NCBI GenBank assembly: GCA_032718475.1
Contig: JAUCBJ010001668.1
Location: 1 to 64,000 of the forward strand
Direction of reading: 5' to 3'
From: Nemertoderma westbladi
Taxonomy: Eukaryota > Animalia > Xenacoelomorpha
Length of the DNA stretch: 64,000 bases
The first letter of the stretch is position 1; the number at the start of each line of letters is the position of its first letter. Under the pieces are notes generated by a model. It was not told the origin of the DNA, ran no database searches, and saw only the letters and a program-made list of their open reading frames with translations. Shown here in pieces: positions 36,301 to 48,205 of this stretch. Position numbers and translations under genes: made by a program.

Positions 36301-37286
36301 CATTCTGTTGGATAATCTTTGTTCCCATTGTCAAAAATAAAATGACTCATATAATTTTTGTACTGCGAAGTACGATATTTGTTGTTCTTCACTTTGCTAC
36401 TAAATTTTGTGGCTATAATTGCCCATTTAAAACAATCATTATCAGCCGTTTGTATATTTATAACACATCGTTTACTCGATAGAGCCTTAGGTAACTCCAT
36501 ATAACCGTGACCTTTATATTCCAGTGACTTACACTTGGATTCAGCTACTTTAATTTCCACTCTTAATAAAGATTTAACGCGCCACCCTGAGCCACGAGTG
36601 TTAAATATGGCTATTTTTTGCATTAATTTTTCTAGTACATACTCAAACCATGTGTCAAAACTTTCATGTGAATCTACGGTATTAACTGAACCACCTGGAG
36701 AACTAAAATAGAAAGTTTCTTCTTGGTCACCCTCTGAAAAATGTGATCGATACATGAGTATATTCACACCTAGCCAGGGTCTAAGTACATTCATTTTGCT
36801 AAGTTTTCCTAATAATAGGTTTTTGATGTGTGGTAGAATATGAACTATGGATGAATGAATATCAGGAAAATCTTCATCATTTGGAAGATTGTAAACATAG
36901 ATTTCTAAACGGTTATCGTGTGCGGATCGTTCGATGCTAAAAATTGATGGACCTTGACCAGATTTCAGTCTTTTTCTAGATGCTACAGTATTGTTTTGGT
37001 TCCGTTGTGATGGTCTAACATGATAATAACGTTGGTGGCAGTCGTGACGTAAATAATTCTCATATAAATACTCTTTATTACAAGTAGGGCAAGTTTTTTC
37101 ATACACGTAAAGCTTCATTTCTTTACATCCCGTAGTTGTTTCATGTCGTTTGCATATTTCTTCACGTGAACATTTCACATGACAATTAAAACAATTGTGT
37201 TCTTCAAAATGAGATTTCACGTGTGTTAAATAATTTCGTTTAGAAATTTGAAGAGGACAAAATGGACATTTCAATTGTTTATCCAT
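33290..37286 (-). pseudogene. Protein-primed family B DNA polymerase with HNH/EndoVII-like insert; 2 frameshifts and 2 in-frame stops
   Basis: N-terminal Cys/His fingers, GSGW, INIQ..CFKWAI; Exo motifs YFDIES, AHN..YDLHF, YLKLDV; CFYC..KHHSHITGNYIAAACNACN (about 35500-35610); Pol motifs DFNSLY, KLLNNSLFGK, SDTDS, RPKLY, KG. Breaks at about 36213, 35680, 34490 and 33986. Confidence 0.95.
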
Positions 37287-37840
37287 CTCTTTATTATCCT
37301 AAAAACAATTTAAAATTAATATGAATATTGTTATATATATAATCAAAAAAAATTCATAAGCTACTCAACACAAATAAAATATAATATCTAAACTTTAATT
37401 AATTTAATATTTTCAGAATGAGCTCGATTGAATCAGTTGAGCTCTTTATATATATATATATTTCAAGTTTCTACTTATACCAACCAATCATAAATAACAG
37501 TTACACTGGAAACTAATATCATAAATAAAGTTGCTTTTACAACTGAATTCTTTATAATAAAATCAAGTCTAAACCAAGATGTGCATAATGCGTTTTTAAT
37601 TTTCATTGATAAAGTAGGTTTTACATGCTAATGTTTTATTATGGTGGTGTAAACTCATGCATTTACATGCGAATGTTTTATACCTAATCCCATGCTCACA
37701 TTAAATATAAACTATCACCAATATTTACTCAATAAAGTCACCTTTACATGCAAATACTTTATAATAATCACGCTTTGTGATAAAAAGTTACCTTTACAAG
37801 TTAGTGTGAAACTGAAAAAAAGTCTCTAGTTAATAATAAA

Positions 37841-38884
37841 TCAATCTGATACTGTTTTTATATGTTCCTTATTGTAATCTGCTACCTCTTCACTTGCTTT
37901 TGTAACTTTTATTTTCTTTGTAGGTATAGAATCATTGTTGGGAATGGAAGATGTTTGAGATGTAGATCTGCGCTTTCTATCACTCGAGGTCTCTTCGATG
38001 TATGTCTTTGGATTAAATGTGGATGAAACTACTTCTGGAAATGACTTATTAACCTTAAACTTCCAAGTTGGTGGATATAGAATCGCGAAACCGTCTGCTA
38101 TATCAGTTGATGAAACATTTAACATCATATCGTAGAGAAACTCTATATATGGTATGTCTTTATCGTAATGTAACTGTAAATATTTGCTTTCCTTGTCTGT
38201 AATAATTACTTTTTTTTCTTGTACATTTATTTTTACTTTAAGTCGGTCAGATAAAGCTTTATCGTCCGTATCTAGCTCTGAAAAGACACCTTCGTTACTA
38301 ATTTCATAATTCCACTCATACCACAATGAATTTACTTCCGATGCTGTTAAGTTAAACCCATTATAATACCTAAGACCAATAGCATCAGAATATCTAGCTG
38401 AAATCTCCCATAGTCCCATATAAGTCGCTCCTTTATATTTGCTTACAAAACCAACAAAAGATGGGTTGGTTAAATTAACAACAGAACACTGATTTATTAT
38501 TTCGAGTGGTGGTGATAACAATTCTAATATTTCTGTCTTACTCTGAAGCAATAAATTAATGAGTGATTTGTTTAGAATTTGACATTTGCCTTGCTTCTGA
38601 ATATATACGTTTTCAGTAATAACACAGGTGGAAATATTTAACTTTCCTCTTGTAAATTCTATATTAGGATAAATATTACCTCTTGAAACTGGTGATTCCT
38701 TTTGTCGGTTGATTAATATTTCTAAGACGTCTAGAAGGTAGAGTGTATCCTGGTAAGAGAAGCACGTTGTTACATTGCTATCGCTTGAGAGTAATATAAG
38801 GTACTTGCCATAAACAATACTACAGGTATATTTATTAAATGTAAATTTCCAAGTATTGCTTGAAGTTTTTTTAAATAAATCCAT
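37841..38884 (-). CDS. Polinton hypothetical protein, possible PC4-like ssDNA-binding/coactivator domain
   Basis: Intact 347 aa; VSKYKGATYMGLWEI..NGFNLTASEVNSL resembles PC4 (V..FKGK..IDIRE..KGISL..EQW..L); basic NLS-like KRRS/PTKKIK near the C-terminus; TATAAA about 70 bp upstream. Confidence 0.55.
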   Translation of the reverse strand: MDLFKKTSSNTWKFTFNKYTCSIVYGKYLILLSSDSNVTTCFSYQDTLYLLDVLEILINRQKESPVSRGNIYPNIEFTRGKLNISTCVITENVYIQKQGKCQILNKSLINLLLQSKTEILELLSPPLEIINQCSVVNLTNPSFVGFVSKYKGATYMGLWEISARYSDAIGLRYYNGFNLTASEVNSLWYEWNYEISNEGVFSELDTDDKALSDRLKVKINVQEKKVIITDKESKYLQLHYDKDIPYIEFLYDMMLNVSSTDIADGFAILYPPTWKFKVNKSFPEVVSSTFNPKTYIEETSSDRKRRSTSQTSSIPNNDSIPTKKIKVTKASEEVADYNKEHIKTVSD

Positions 38885-39321
38885 AATTAGAATGAAAACT
38901 ATTTTGAAAAATAAAAACTAAATAAATGATTATTAGAATGTAAAACTTCGGTTTATATGCTTGCTTTAATAAAACAGAGTGACTTACAGTGAGGAATATA
39001 GTTGCTTCGTGTAACAGATGCAACGTGTACAGCTAAATTTATTACATTAGCGTGAGTTAGAGAGTGAAATAGCAGTAACGTGTAACAGATGCAACGTGAT
39101 CAATGCTAGCCCTGTCATTCTAACTTATATTCAACTTAGTTGATCGACCAGTTACATCGATAAAAGAAATCGATTATTATTAATAGTCGAATTAATGTAT
39201 TCTACGCTATAGTAATTATGTTAAGGAACTAGAAGCTATTTATAAACATCTGCTACCTGTGATGAAGATGAAGAATTCAATGACTATGGTATAACTCAGA
39301 TATTTATCGCCTTTTTCTCTC

Positions 39322-39397
39322 GAGGTTGGATGGAAGAGTGATTGGTGAGTTGTGAGGAGTTATATCGGTCCCGGGTTCGAACCCTGTTGAATATTTT
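39322..39397 (+). ncRNA. Candidate Pol III (type 2 promoter) small RNA unit
   Basis: A-box-like TGGAAGAGTGA (39331), B-box GGTTCGAACCC (39374) in a T-arm-like stem, TTTT at 39394; no complete cloverleaf. Confidence 0.35.
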
Positions 39398-39398
39398 G

Positions 39399-40183
39399 TT
39401 ATCTGAAAAATTGCAAAATTAAATTTAGTTACTAGTGAAAAATAGCGATTTGAAAAATAATAGAAGTTACCTGATGCTAAGTGTAGACACCCGAACACCT
39501 GTAAAATAAAGGTTGGTGATTGGATGCAGTACTAGCATTGGGTGACTAATAACGCTTATCTGAAAAATTGCAAAATTAAATTTAGTTACTAGTGAAAAAT
39601 AGCGATTTGAAAAATAATAGAAGTTACCTGATGCTAAGTGTAGACACTCGAACACCTGTAAAATAAAGGTTGGTGATTGGATGCAGTACTAGCGTTGGGT
39701 GACTAATAACGCTTATCTGAAAAATTGCAAAATTAAATTTAGTTACTAGTGAAAAATAGCGATTTGAAAAATAATAGAAGTTACCTGATGCTAAGTGTAG
39801 ACACTCGAACACCTGTAAAATAAAGGTTGGTGATTGGATGCAGTACTAGCGTTGGGTGACTAATAACGCTTATCTGAAAAATTGCAAAATTAAATTTAGT
39901 TACTAGTGAAAAATAGCGATTTGAAAAATAATAGAAGTTACCTGATGCTAAGTGTAGACACTCGAACACCTGTAAAATAAAGGTTGGTGATTGGATGCAG
40001 TACTAGCGTTGGGTGACTAATAACGCTTATCTGAAAAATTGCAAAATTAAATTTAGTTACTAGTGAAAAATAGCGATTTGAAAAATAATAGAAGTTACCT
40101 GATGCTAAGTGTAGACACTCGAACACCTGTAAAATAAAGGTTGGTGATTGGATGCAGTACTAGCGTTGGGTGACTAATAACGC
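39399..40183. repeat. 5 x 157-bp tandem array overlapping the inner end of the right TIR
   Basis: TTATCTGAAAAATTGC at 39399, 39556, 39713, 39870 and 40027; nearly identical units. Confidence 0.95.
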
Positions 40184-40377
40184 ATCTAGCGGAAGATGCG
40201 GGAACTTGAGAAGTTACCATGGTTACGGATGAAATGCTGACATCTGATTGGTTGAAATAATAACGACCACTGCAAAAGGTTGAAATGGTGGCTTCTGATT
40301 GGCTGCAGTACCAGAAATGGATGGTAATGATGGGCTACGGGTGACTTTGTGCGGAGGGGCTAGCATCCTATACTACT
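40063..40377 (-). repeat. Polinton right TIR
   Basis: Inverted copy of 21560-21874. Confidence 0.95.
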
Positions 40378-40503
40378 TCCACCTTCAAAATAACCGGCAC
40401 AAATCATAGAATCATCTATATCATCTTCATCATAATGAGGTGCAGGTTGTCTGGGGAATGATGGGCACACGGACTTCCTGTAGAATTGTCCCGTCTTGGG
40501 GCC
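40378..40503 (-). pseudogene. 5' part of penultimate protease exon (gene A), frameshifted
   Basis: ttattag|..PQDGTILQEVRVPIIPQTTC [frameshift] PHYDEDDIDDSMICAGYFEGG, continuing at 21553 as RDSCK. Confidence 0.9.
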
Positions 40504-41699
40504 CTAATAATAATATGTGGTATAAATAAAATAATCTGGGGAAATATATACAATGGATATTCAAATGAAATGATAGATCAATTGGATAATCAAATAATTA
40601 AAAAGTTTTATAACAGACCTGGTATATATAAATGAATATACAACTAGACTTAGGCAAAGGCAAGCAGGTAAAAAGATCATTGAATGATCTATCCAGGATT
40701 TGTAAATCACATACAATAAATCGGAATCTCAAGGTTTCATTAATTAGAGCAGCAGTAGATCCAGTACAGGAGTCCATTCTATGCTCTTAGTGCGCTATGG
40801 ACACACTAAGGATACACTGTAATGCTACACCCAGTTCATTGTGTCAAGCGCAATGAACAAATCTCTAGCCAGACACTATATAGCATTGGTGTTTCATATG
40901 TCCCTTTTGCCAAGTGTTTCATTTGATACTTGATTACTCTGAAGTTGGTGTACCTGTACCATTTAGATAAGCTTATTAATAAATATAAAAAATAAAAATA
41001 AAAAATCACAGGGTGGGGGTATATTTTGCAAAAGTTACCAGATTTCAATCTTGCAAAATTGAATTTTTCTTAACAAATTTTAAAATAATTTCAACTGCAT
41101 TAAATTATTATTTCGGTTAAAATTTCAAGTGGTGGGTCTTCAAGAGGAACACGATATATTTATTATATGTAGCGTTGGTGTTTCACAGATACATCGGGCT
41201 TTAATGTAGTAAATACACCCCCATGAAGTATTCTGTAGATAATATATATTGTAATATACACCCCCATGAGGTAATATGTCTATATGTCGGTCGAAATTTA
41301 ATTTAATTTATTATTGGTCTATAATTATCTGATTATAATATTATTATCTTTTGAACAATAAACTATACTAACTAACTAGAGCAGAAATTCATATAAATAC
41401 ATTTAAATATTATTATAGAAACCTCAGCCCAATATAAGGCTACTTACTGTATTGTAGAGTATGTTTGGATAATGTAGCATAGTCTGTTGAATGTTATAGT
41501 GGTAGGTGTATTACTTATCTATTCAGAATGTTAGTGGTTGGAATTTGTGTAGAGTACATATCAAGCTAGTTGTTATCTAATTTTTACAATGGCTACACCC
41601 TATATGGTATGTGTACTGTGTAGTGGTCTAATATTTAGAAACTTGAAAAATTCTCACATTGTTGGACGTTCATAGGTAGTAGTGAGCTACAATTGATTT

Positions 41700-43170
41700 T
41701 CGGAATAAATTGAAATAGTCCTAAATAACAGGATATTAAGTCCAGCACTGCAGCTCCTCATTAAAATATCAACCAATAAGGAAGTGCTGGAGTTGTGAGT
41801 AAAACTTGCACTGGATCCTTATTGGTTATTCTTCATAAAATGACGAATGAAGTAATAGCTAGTAAATTCAATTAGTCAAAAGATTTCAGCCAATAACTTT
41901 CAAAATTTTCCAAATAGGAAACAGGATAATAGGAAATAGGATTCCTACACTAAGAGGTTGTAGATCAAAAATGGATCTCTTAAAAAAGTGAGTCCTTTGG
42001 CAAAAGTTGTTGTGGTTAATTATATTGTCAACAATGTAGATTGTAAAGTATATGAGTAATTTTTTAACTCAACATCAGAAGCAGTGGGAGAAATTGTGGG
42101 TTACTTATATTGGCATCAATATGAACAGCGAGTACAGTACAGTATTAGGCCTTTGCATTGTTTGATTTTGTATTATGAATGGGAGATGCTCTTAGTCTCA
42201 TTAAGTCAAGGAATTAATCTTCACCACCATGGGTGATCTTCCACAGTAATCCCTTCCACTATTGTTTGATTTTGTATTATCGAACTATGATCTAATAGGC
42301 AGCTAGGTTATGGTATAACCTTGTACTGTAGTGGCTAGGCATACAATAACTTTTAAATATCCATACAGACAGCAGAGTTCACTGAAAATTGTTGGGTATG
42401 ATACTGTTACTGACCATGAGGCAGAGAGTAATAGTAGTGATACGTAAGTAGTGATACAGATTCAGATTCCTTTTTTTCTATAGTTAATTTTATGGAACTC
42501 ATATCTCTAGAACCCATTGCCTAATATCTAGGATCCCTGCCATCGTCACCATCATAATCCCTTCGCAAACTTTGTGGTTATTTAGAAGAGATCGAAACAT
42601 CTCTTCTTTTCGATGATTCCTCTCTTCCGCAACAATGCGATATCTCTATATGTGCGGCATCTTTGTCATAAAGTTTCTCCATGATTTGTGTAAATATTCT
42701 CACTGATTATCCATCTGCTGTTGCATAACAGTACTGAATGAACATTTGCGCAAAGTCAGTTGCCAATCTGTATCACGCACCTCCTTCAGCACCCTTCTAT
42801 GTCTGTTTCGATTTTTTTCTCCTCGCTCATTGCTGCTTGTCTAATCTCCTTGTGATAATTAACTTTAGTTTCTTCGGCAGTTTGAGGAGTAACACGCTCC
42901 AGTTCTGCTACTTAGATCACAACCCACCACTAAAATTATGTTAAACATAAGCCTGTAGATAGATCGTAGTGTAGGCAGCTGGTTCGACCTCTGTAAAAGG
43001 CAGAGATAACTCCCTCTTAGGATTCACCAGTCATATCAGCCTAGGCTGAGAACATTACTCAGTCGTCTCAGCCTAGGCTGAGAACACTCCCCAGTTATAT
43101 CAGCCTAGGCTGAGAACACTCACTTAGGCCGAGATGACTCCCCTTAGGCTGAGATGACTCCCTTAATTGA
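41700..43170. mobile_element. Highly degenerate DNA-transposon remnant (Harbinger-like?) with CAGCCTAGGCTGAG repeats
   Basis: Palindromic TCAGCCTAGGCTGA repeated 3x at about 43036-43113; weak Myb-like fragments on the minus strand. Confidence 0.3.
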
Positions 43171-44899
43171 GTTATAATTCATATCCGTACCTGTGTTATT
43201 TTCGTATATTGGAAAAATAAATCTGTAACCTATGTTATTGAGTTATCGTTTATTGTTTTGGTTAGAAAAGCCCACCACTGTAACCTGTTCCTTTCCGTTA
43301 ATGAAGAAATATAGGGAGACACTGGTGTGTGTTCTCAGCCTGTTATACCTCCATGTAAAAGATCTCTCATTTGCATCAACGCGATCATATCAATAATGTA
43401 GTTACAGTATTTGCTTATATATCTCTACATGACAAAAAATGTAAAGGCTATAATGCTATTGGTACTGCTATATTCCTATTACACTTCTACTTATACACAT
43501 AACATCTCTTTCAGTTGGTGTTATCTGTGGTATCATGCATCTGACTGCATGATACCAATTACTTTATTATTATACATTATATGTAGCACTACTAGAGTAT
43601 ACTAATGTATTTCCGCATAATATTCTGTTCCAGTCCCATCATATCATTACAGACAACATACCAGATAATAGCAAAATAAAAATATTTACACTTGAAGTTG
43701 TAGACCTTGCATTCTATAGTTGCATACTATAGAGTTAGGAACCTGTTTGGAACAATAGTGCAATCATATATCACGAGAGATTAATTGTGACTGTCCATAA
43801 TATCCCAATCAAGGGTAGTTTGCAGTCAGCCATAAAGGAAGTCACTGCCATTTCAAAACCAATTATTTACTGATGATGTAATTAACCTAAGCCGACTTAC
43901 TACTGGTATAATCTCACCTCATCAAGTTAATTTAGACTTTCTGTTTCAATCTATAGGATAACCCCTATAGATAAATCTATAGGATCTACATAGGATAAAT
44001 AATAATTACATACATTGAATTTATTGGCAGTTCTGATTACATTTTCGGCGTCTAAGAATCTAGACGGCTGCAAAGTAGAAGTACAAGGTTGGAGTGTATG
44101 TACAGTAATTGGGGACTTCGCGCAACACGTGAGAAGCTTTATGTTAAGAATGAACTCGAAAGGATAGAAAACCACATATTCACAGATTTCCCTTGATCAA
44201 TTTTTCCTACTTGCACATAGACTGGGCAACTACGACCAGGCTCTAAGCCCTGACAAAAACTCAGTCTGAGGTCAGTTACCAAGTCAAAAGGATTTTAAAT
44301 AACAATATGAAATAAATGGCAGAAGGTTGTTCACATTTGGTCCTCTATCAGTATACTAAAAACTGTAAATGGATGAACTTCACAGAAATTTGTTGGATTT
44401 CGTTGGATTTTGTTGGAAAAGTTGGATTTAAAACATGAATATTGGCATATGGAATTACACATTGATAGTCAAGATTTAATATGTTTCATTACATATATAT
44501 TTTCATTTTCATTTGCAATATATTTTAAGCATCTCCAATGGGGTTTTTAGTAACTGGAGATGCCTACAATCCTTGCTGTGTGTGATCGTGCTCTTGAAGG
44601 TATTACATCTCCGCAAAATTTTTTTGATGATATCCTTATATATAATAATATATCATAGTAATATTGATGATCATGTAAACGTGGAGTATGCAATGAGATG
44701 CATATGCTGAATAGTTGCTATAGAGATTGGGTTGTTTTATTCTTAGTTACAGTGTTTACTAGTGATAGGCCTACAATGTTTTGAACATGTTTACTTTACC
44801 ATGAACAATGTTTATTTATTGAGACCAAAAATATTTTATTGTCAGAACTTATTATCAGACAAGCTCTTTTAAATTGACTTCATTTAAATTTATCCACGA

Positions 44900-45808
44900 A
44901 TATCCAGGTGTGGAAGTCTCTACCAAAACTGACATTTTTACGTTTAATTGAGAAGTTTGAAAGAAACAAAAAAAACTTTACTTCATAAGTCAGGTTCTGG
45001 GTGGCGAAAGTAAAGTCTTAGTTACTAATCCGGAAACATCCTTATTTCCCTTGCTGCAAATGTCAGTAGAAGTATTGTTCAGACGGTTGTAAAGGCCCTA
45101 CAGTTTAGACCTTACAAACTACAACTTCTACATGGTTTCAAGCCAACCGATTACTTAGAGTTACAGCCTCTGAACTCATGTTGTTGTTTTTAAAAGACAA
45201 GAATTCTAGTAAAGTTTTCTGGAGCGATGAGGCCACTTTCGTTAAAGTGGTCATGTAAATCGATGGAACTGTCGCATATGGGGTACAGAAAATCGACATA
45301 AGGTAGTATAAGAATTTCATGACACTCCGAAGGTCTGGGCTGCTATGTCAGGAAACACTTTTATTGGTCCATATTTCTTCGAGTCTGCTACTGTCAACAG
45401 CACTAACTATCTGAATATGAGGAAGACATTCTTGCTTCCGAATCTTGTTGATGGCACTGAACACTCTATAACAAGATGGTGCTCCTGTGCATTGGGATCT
45501 GAGTGTTAGATCATTCCCTAGACTATACGTTTCCTGGGCGCTGGATAGGAAGAGATGGGCCAATTCCATGGCCAGCACGATCCCCAGATGTATCACCCTG
45601 CGAATTCTATCTCTGGGGGTATGTCAAGAATTGCGTATACAGTCAGCCGCTTCAGAGCTTGAACGAACTACATAATTACATTACCATTACAACAGTGTTT
45701 AATGCTATTCCCGAGCATCATCTGTTGAGATATTATTCTGAAACAATTTCATGTCGCAACAAGGATAAGAATAATAGAGGTGCTCATGTGGAAGTTTACA
45801 CTCCTTAA
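44900..45808 (+). pseudogene. Tc1/mariner transposase remnant
   Basis: FWSDEATF, NCRIWG, IGPYFF, QDGAPVH, FPGRWIGR..WPARSPDVSPCEFYLWGYVK; a mariner-like end GTGGGACACCCTG|TA lies at 48103. Confidence 0.85.
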
Positions 45809-46849
45809 ATCACTTAACTTTTATATTTCAATGTCATTTATATTTGTTTGGGCTTTTGAATTTTTGTTTGCAATAGGTTTTATACTGTAGCAACAGTAAA
45901 GTAACAGTGAAATTAATCAATTTCCCTCATCATTCATTATCAATCATCAACCTATAAAATTCCTCAAAAACTGACAAGCCGACTTCAGGGAATTATTTGA
46001 AACATACATTATGGATTATCTCTCCTCTAAGGCAGGCAGGTTGGGGTCTAAAACTCAACGAATCAACAAGAGGATATCTTGAGTCTAGATTTCGGTTTCA
46101 TTCCAACACGTCAGCAAACAGAGCAGGACGTTTTAGACGCGCAAACCTCGGTTGCGGGCCTTGCAATGAGACTGCGGAATAAAGCACGGAACCTGGAGAG
46201 AGCAGCAGACACCTAAATTTACCTACCAGAGACTGGCGCTGTTGTTCTCAACCGGGACATCGAGCTGCATAATGGCTCGGATGTCTCTTTTAACGATGAA
46301 ACACCGAGAAATACAGTGTGCTATCTACCATTCAACCATATTGATGATGTAACGCAGTGTTTAACCGGACTGAGCAATGACGTATCGATTTTAAGTAGAG
46401 ATTGCCTTCGGATGTCTTTAAACGGTCCCCATGGTGGAAGAATGGAGGCGGTTTCTAGTCAGTTGTTCCCATCTGATAGTTCTGGTTTTGTACACACACA
46501 ACCATCTGGTATGTCAACACCCATCTCAGACCTCCCAGTTCCGGCTGGAGATGTTGTTGGAGATACTCCTCTTCGGCAATTAGATCCTAATGGAGGAGTC
46601 TTGATTTTATCAACTCCCATTCGTCAAGAGACAGATCTTTCGGTGGCATCACGGATAATGCTCCCTACGCCTCCTTTAGCTAGATCTGTACCAGGTGTAA
46701 ATTCCAACCTCATTGTGTCACAGACTAGGCCTCAGTTCACCTTATGAATGCCCTAGGATACCTACAAAACACAGATACGTGGCTCCAAGATCCCAAAATG
46801 ATAACATTGAGGCATTTATTAGTGACCTACACAGCAGCATTGATAGATC

Positions 46850-47630
46850 GAGGCTGGTGATTATTAATCAACGATTTAAACCTAACTTAAAGGTTGACCA
46901 TTTACAGGGGTAATGGGCTCTTAGGTCGGACATATCGATATCGATTGTGAAGGGTGACAAGATGGGTAACGTTATTATTATTGACACCACGCTCAAAGAT
47001 ATGGAGATTCTGAGATCTTTAGAAGATGTGGACATTTACCGTAAACTAGATTGTGATCCATCGAATCACTTTCTCGCTGAGCTTAAATGCGCAGTTCGAT
47101 CCCTGGATCTCGAGGACGAGTGAGTATCTGCGGCGTTACCTTCTACCTACCCATCCATCGATTGGTTATGTGTTCCTCCCTCCTGAAAGAGCACAAGGAT
47201 CCTTCTGAGTGGATCAGTTGGGGAGTTGACATACGTCTCCCGAAGGCGAGGTTGATCTTATCCACGACCGGGACCCTGGTTGAACCTTTGGGGAAGTTAC
47301 TAAACTCCATAATCCAACCAGTCCTTAGCAGAATGCCTCACTACATTCCAGACTCAGCGGCTGCTAAGAGGGATTTACCGAGAGGTAGTTTTCCATGTGT
47401 CACATTCATGTCAATTGACGTGGTTGACATGTACCCCAGCGTGGATCTGGATTTGGTGAAATCAGCTTTAAACTACGTCCTCCAGGATAACCCCGACCTT
47501 TTGGAGAACTCTGGATTCTCAGCAACACAAGTTATCATCATTTTTAATTTTGTCATAACCCATAATTATTTTAAGTTTAAGAATAATTTTTATTTAATGA
47601 TTAAAGGTGTTGGAATGGGAGTTCCCTACT
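46850..47630 (+). pseudogene. Penelope-like reverse transcriptase fragment
   Basis: IVKGDKMG, KEHK, RLILS, SIDVVDMYPSV, NYFKF..FY..KGVGMG; truncated before YxDD. Confidence 0.8.
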
Positions 47631-48205
47631 GGTATTTTGACTCTATTGTTACAAATATATGCAAATATATACAAAATTATAAATTGATATTAATTTATAA
47701 ATAGTTGGTTTTTAACACTTGAAAAAGATATACATTATATCGAAAGCTAGTGATAAAGTGATATTTGAATTTCTTTCTGTGGTCGATCTAGGTTCATTTA
47801 AAATAATATTTTCTTTATTTATTATTTTATGCTTACAAATATATATACACTAAACCGGATCCCTTTTTTCGGTTTGTATGCGGTTTCTTATATAATATTT
47901 CGAGAAATATATCTTCTTACAATAATGCATATATATGCAAAGTATATATATACAAATATACAAATAATATTTGCATGACAACCAAATTAATTGAAATTTA
48001 ATCAACATAAAATAGATCATATTTTCCAAGAAATTGTATTTTCATCCGCATTTGAGGGAGTTATTAAAAAATAAAATCGTATCAAATTTTGTGGGACACC
48101 CTGTATAACTCGAAACGGATGTATATTATTACTGTATAACTTTATTTTATACAACTGATTAATTTCACCACAGTTGAAAACAATTAATATGGCGGATGAG
48201 ATATA

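Larger units (their letters stand above)
21560..40377. mobile_element. Polinton/Maverick (adintovirus-like endogenous dsDNA virus), full length, 18,818 bp
   Basis: AGTAGTA...TACTACT termini, 315-bp TIRs, 6-bp TSD TCCACC (21554-21559, 40378-40383); pPolB, integrase, ATPase, capsids and protease genes. Confidence 0.97.

Noticed and set aside
39322-39397. Canonical tRNA gene
   Set aside because: Only a T-arm and box motifs; acceptor and anticodon stems do not pair.
39399-40183. CRISPR-like array or repeated 62-aa ORFs
   Set aside because: Units are contiguous and near-identical with no unique spacers; the ORFs are by-products of the repeat.
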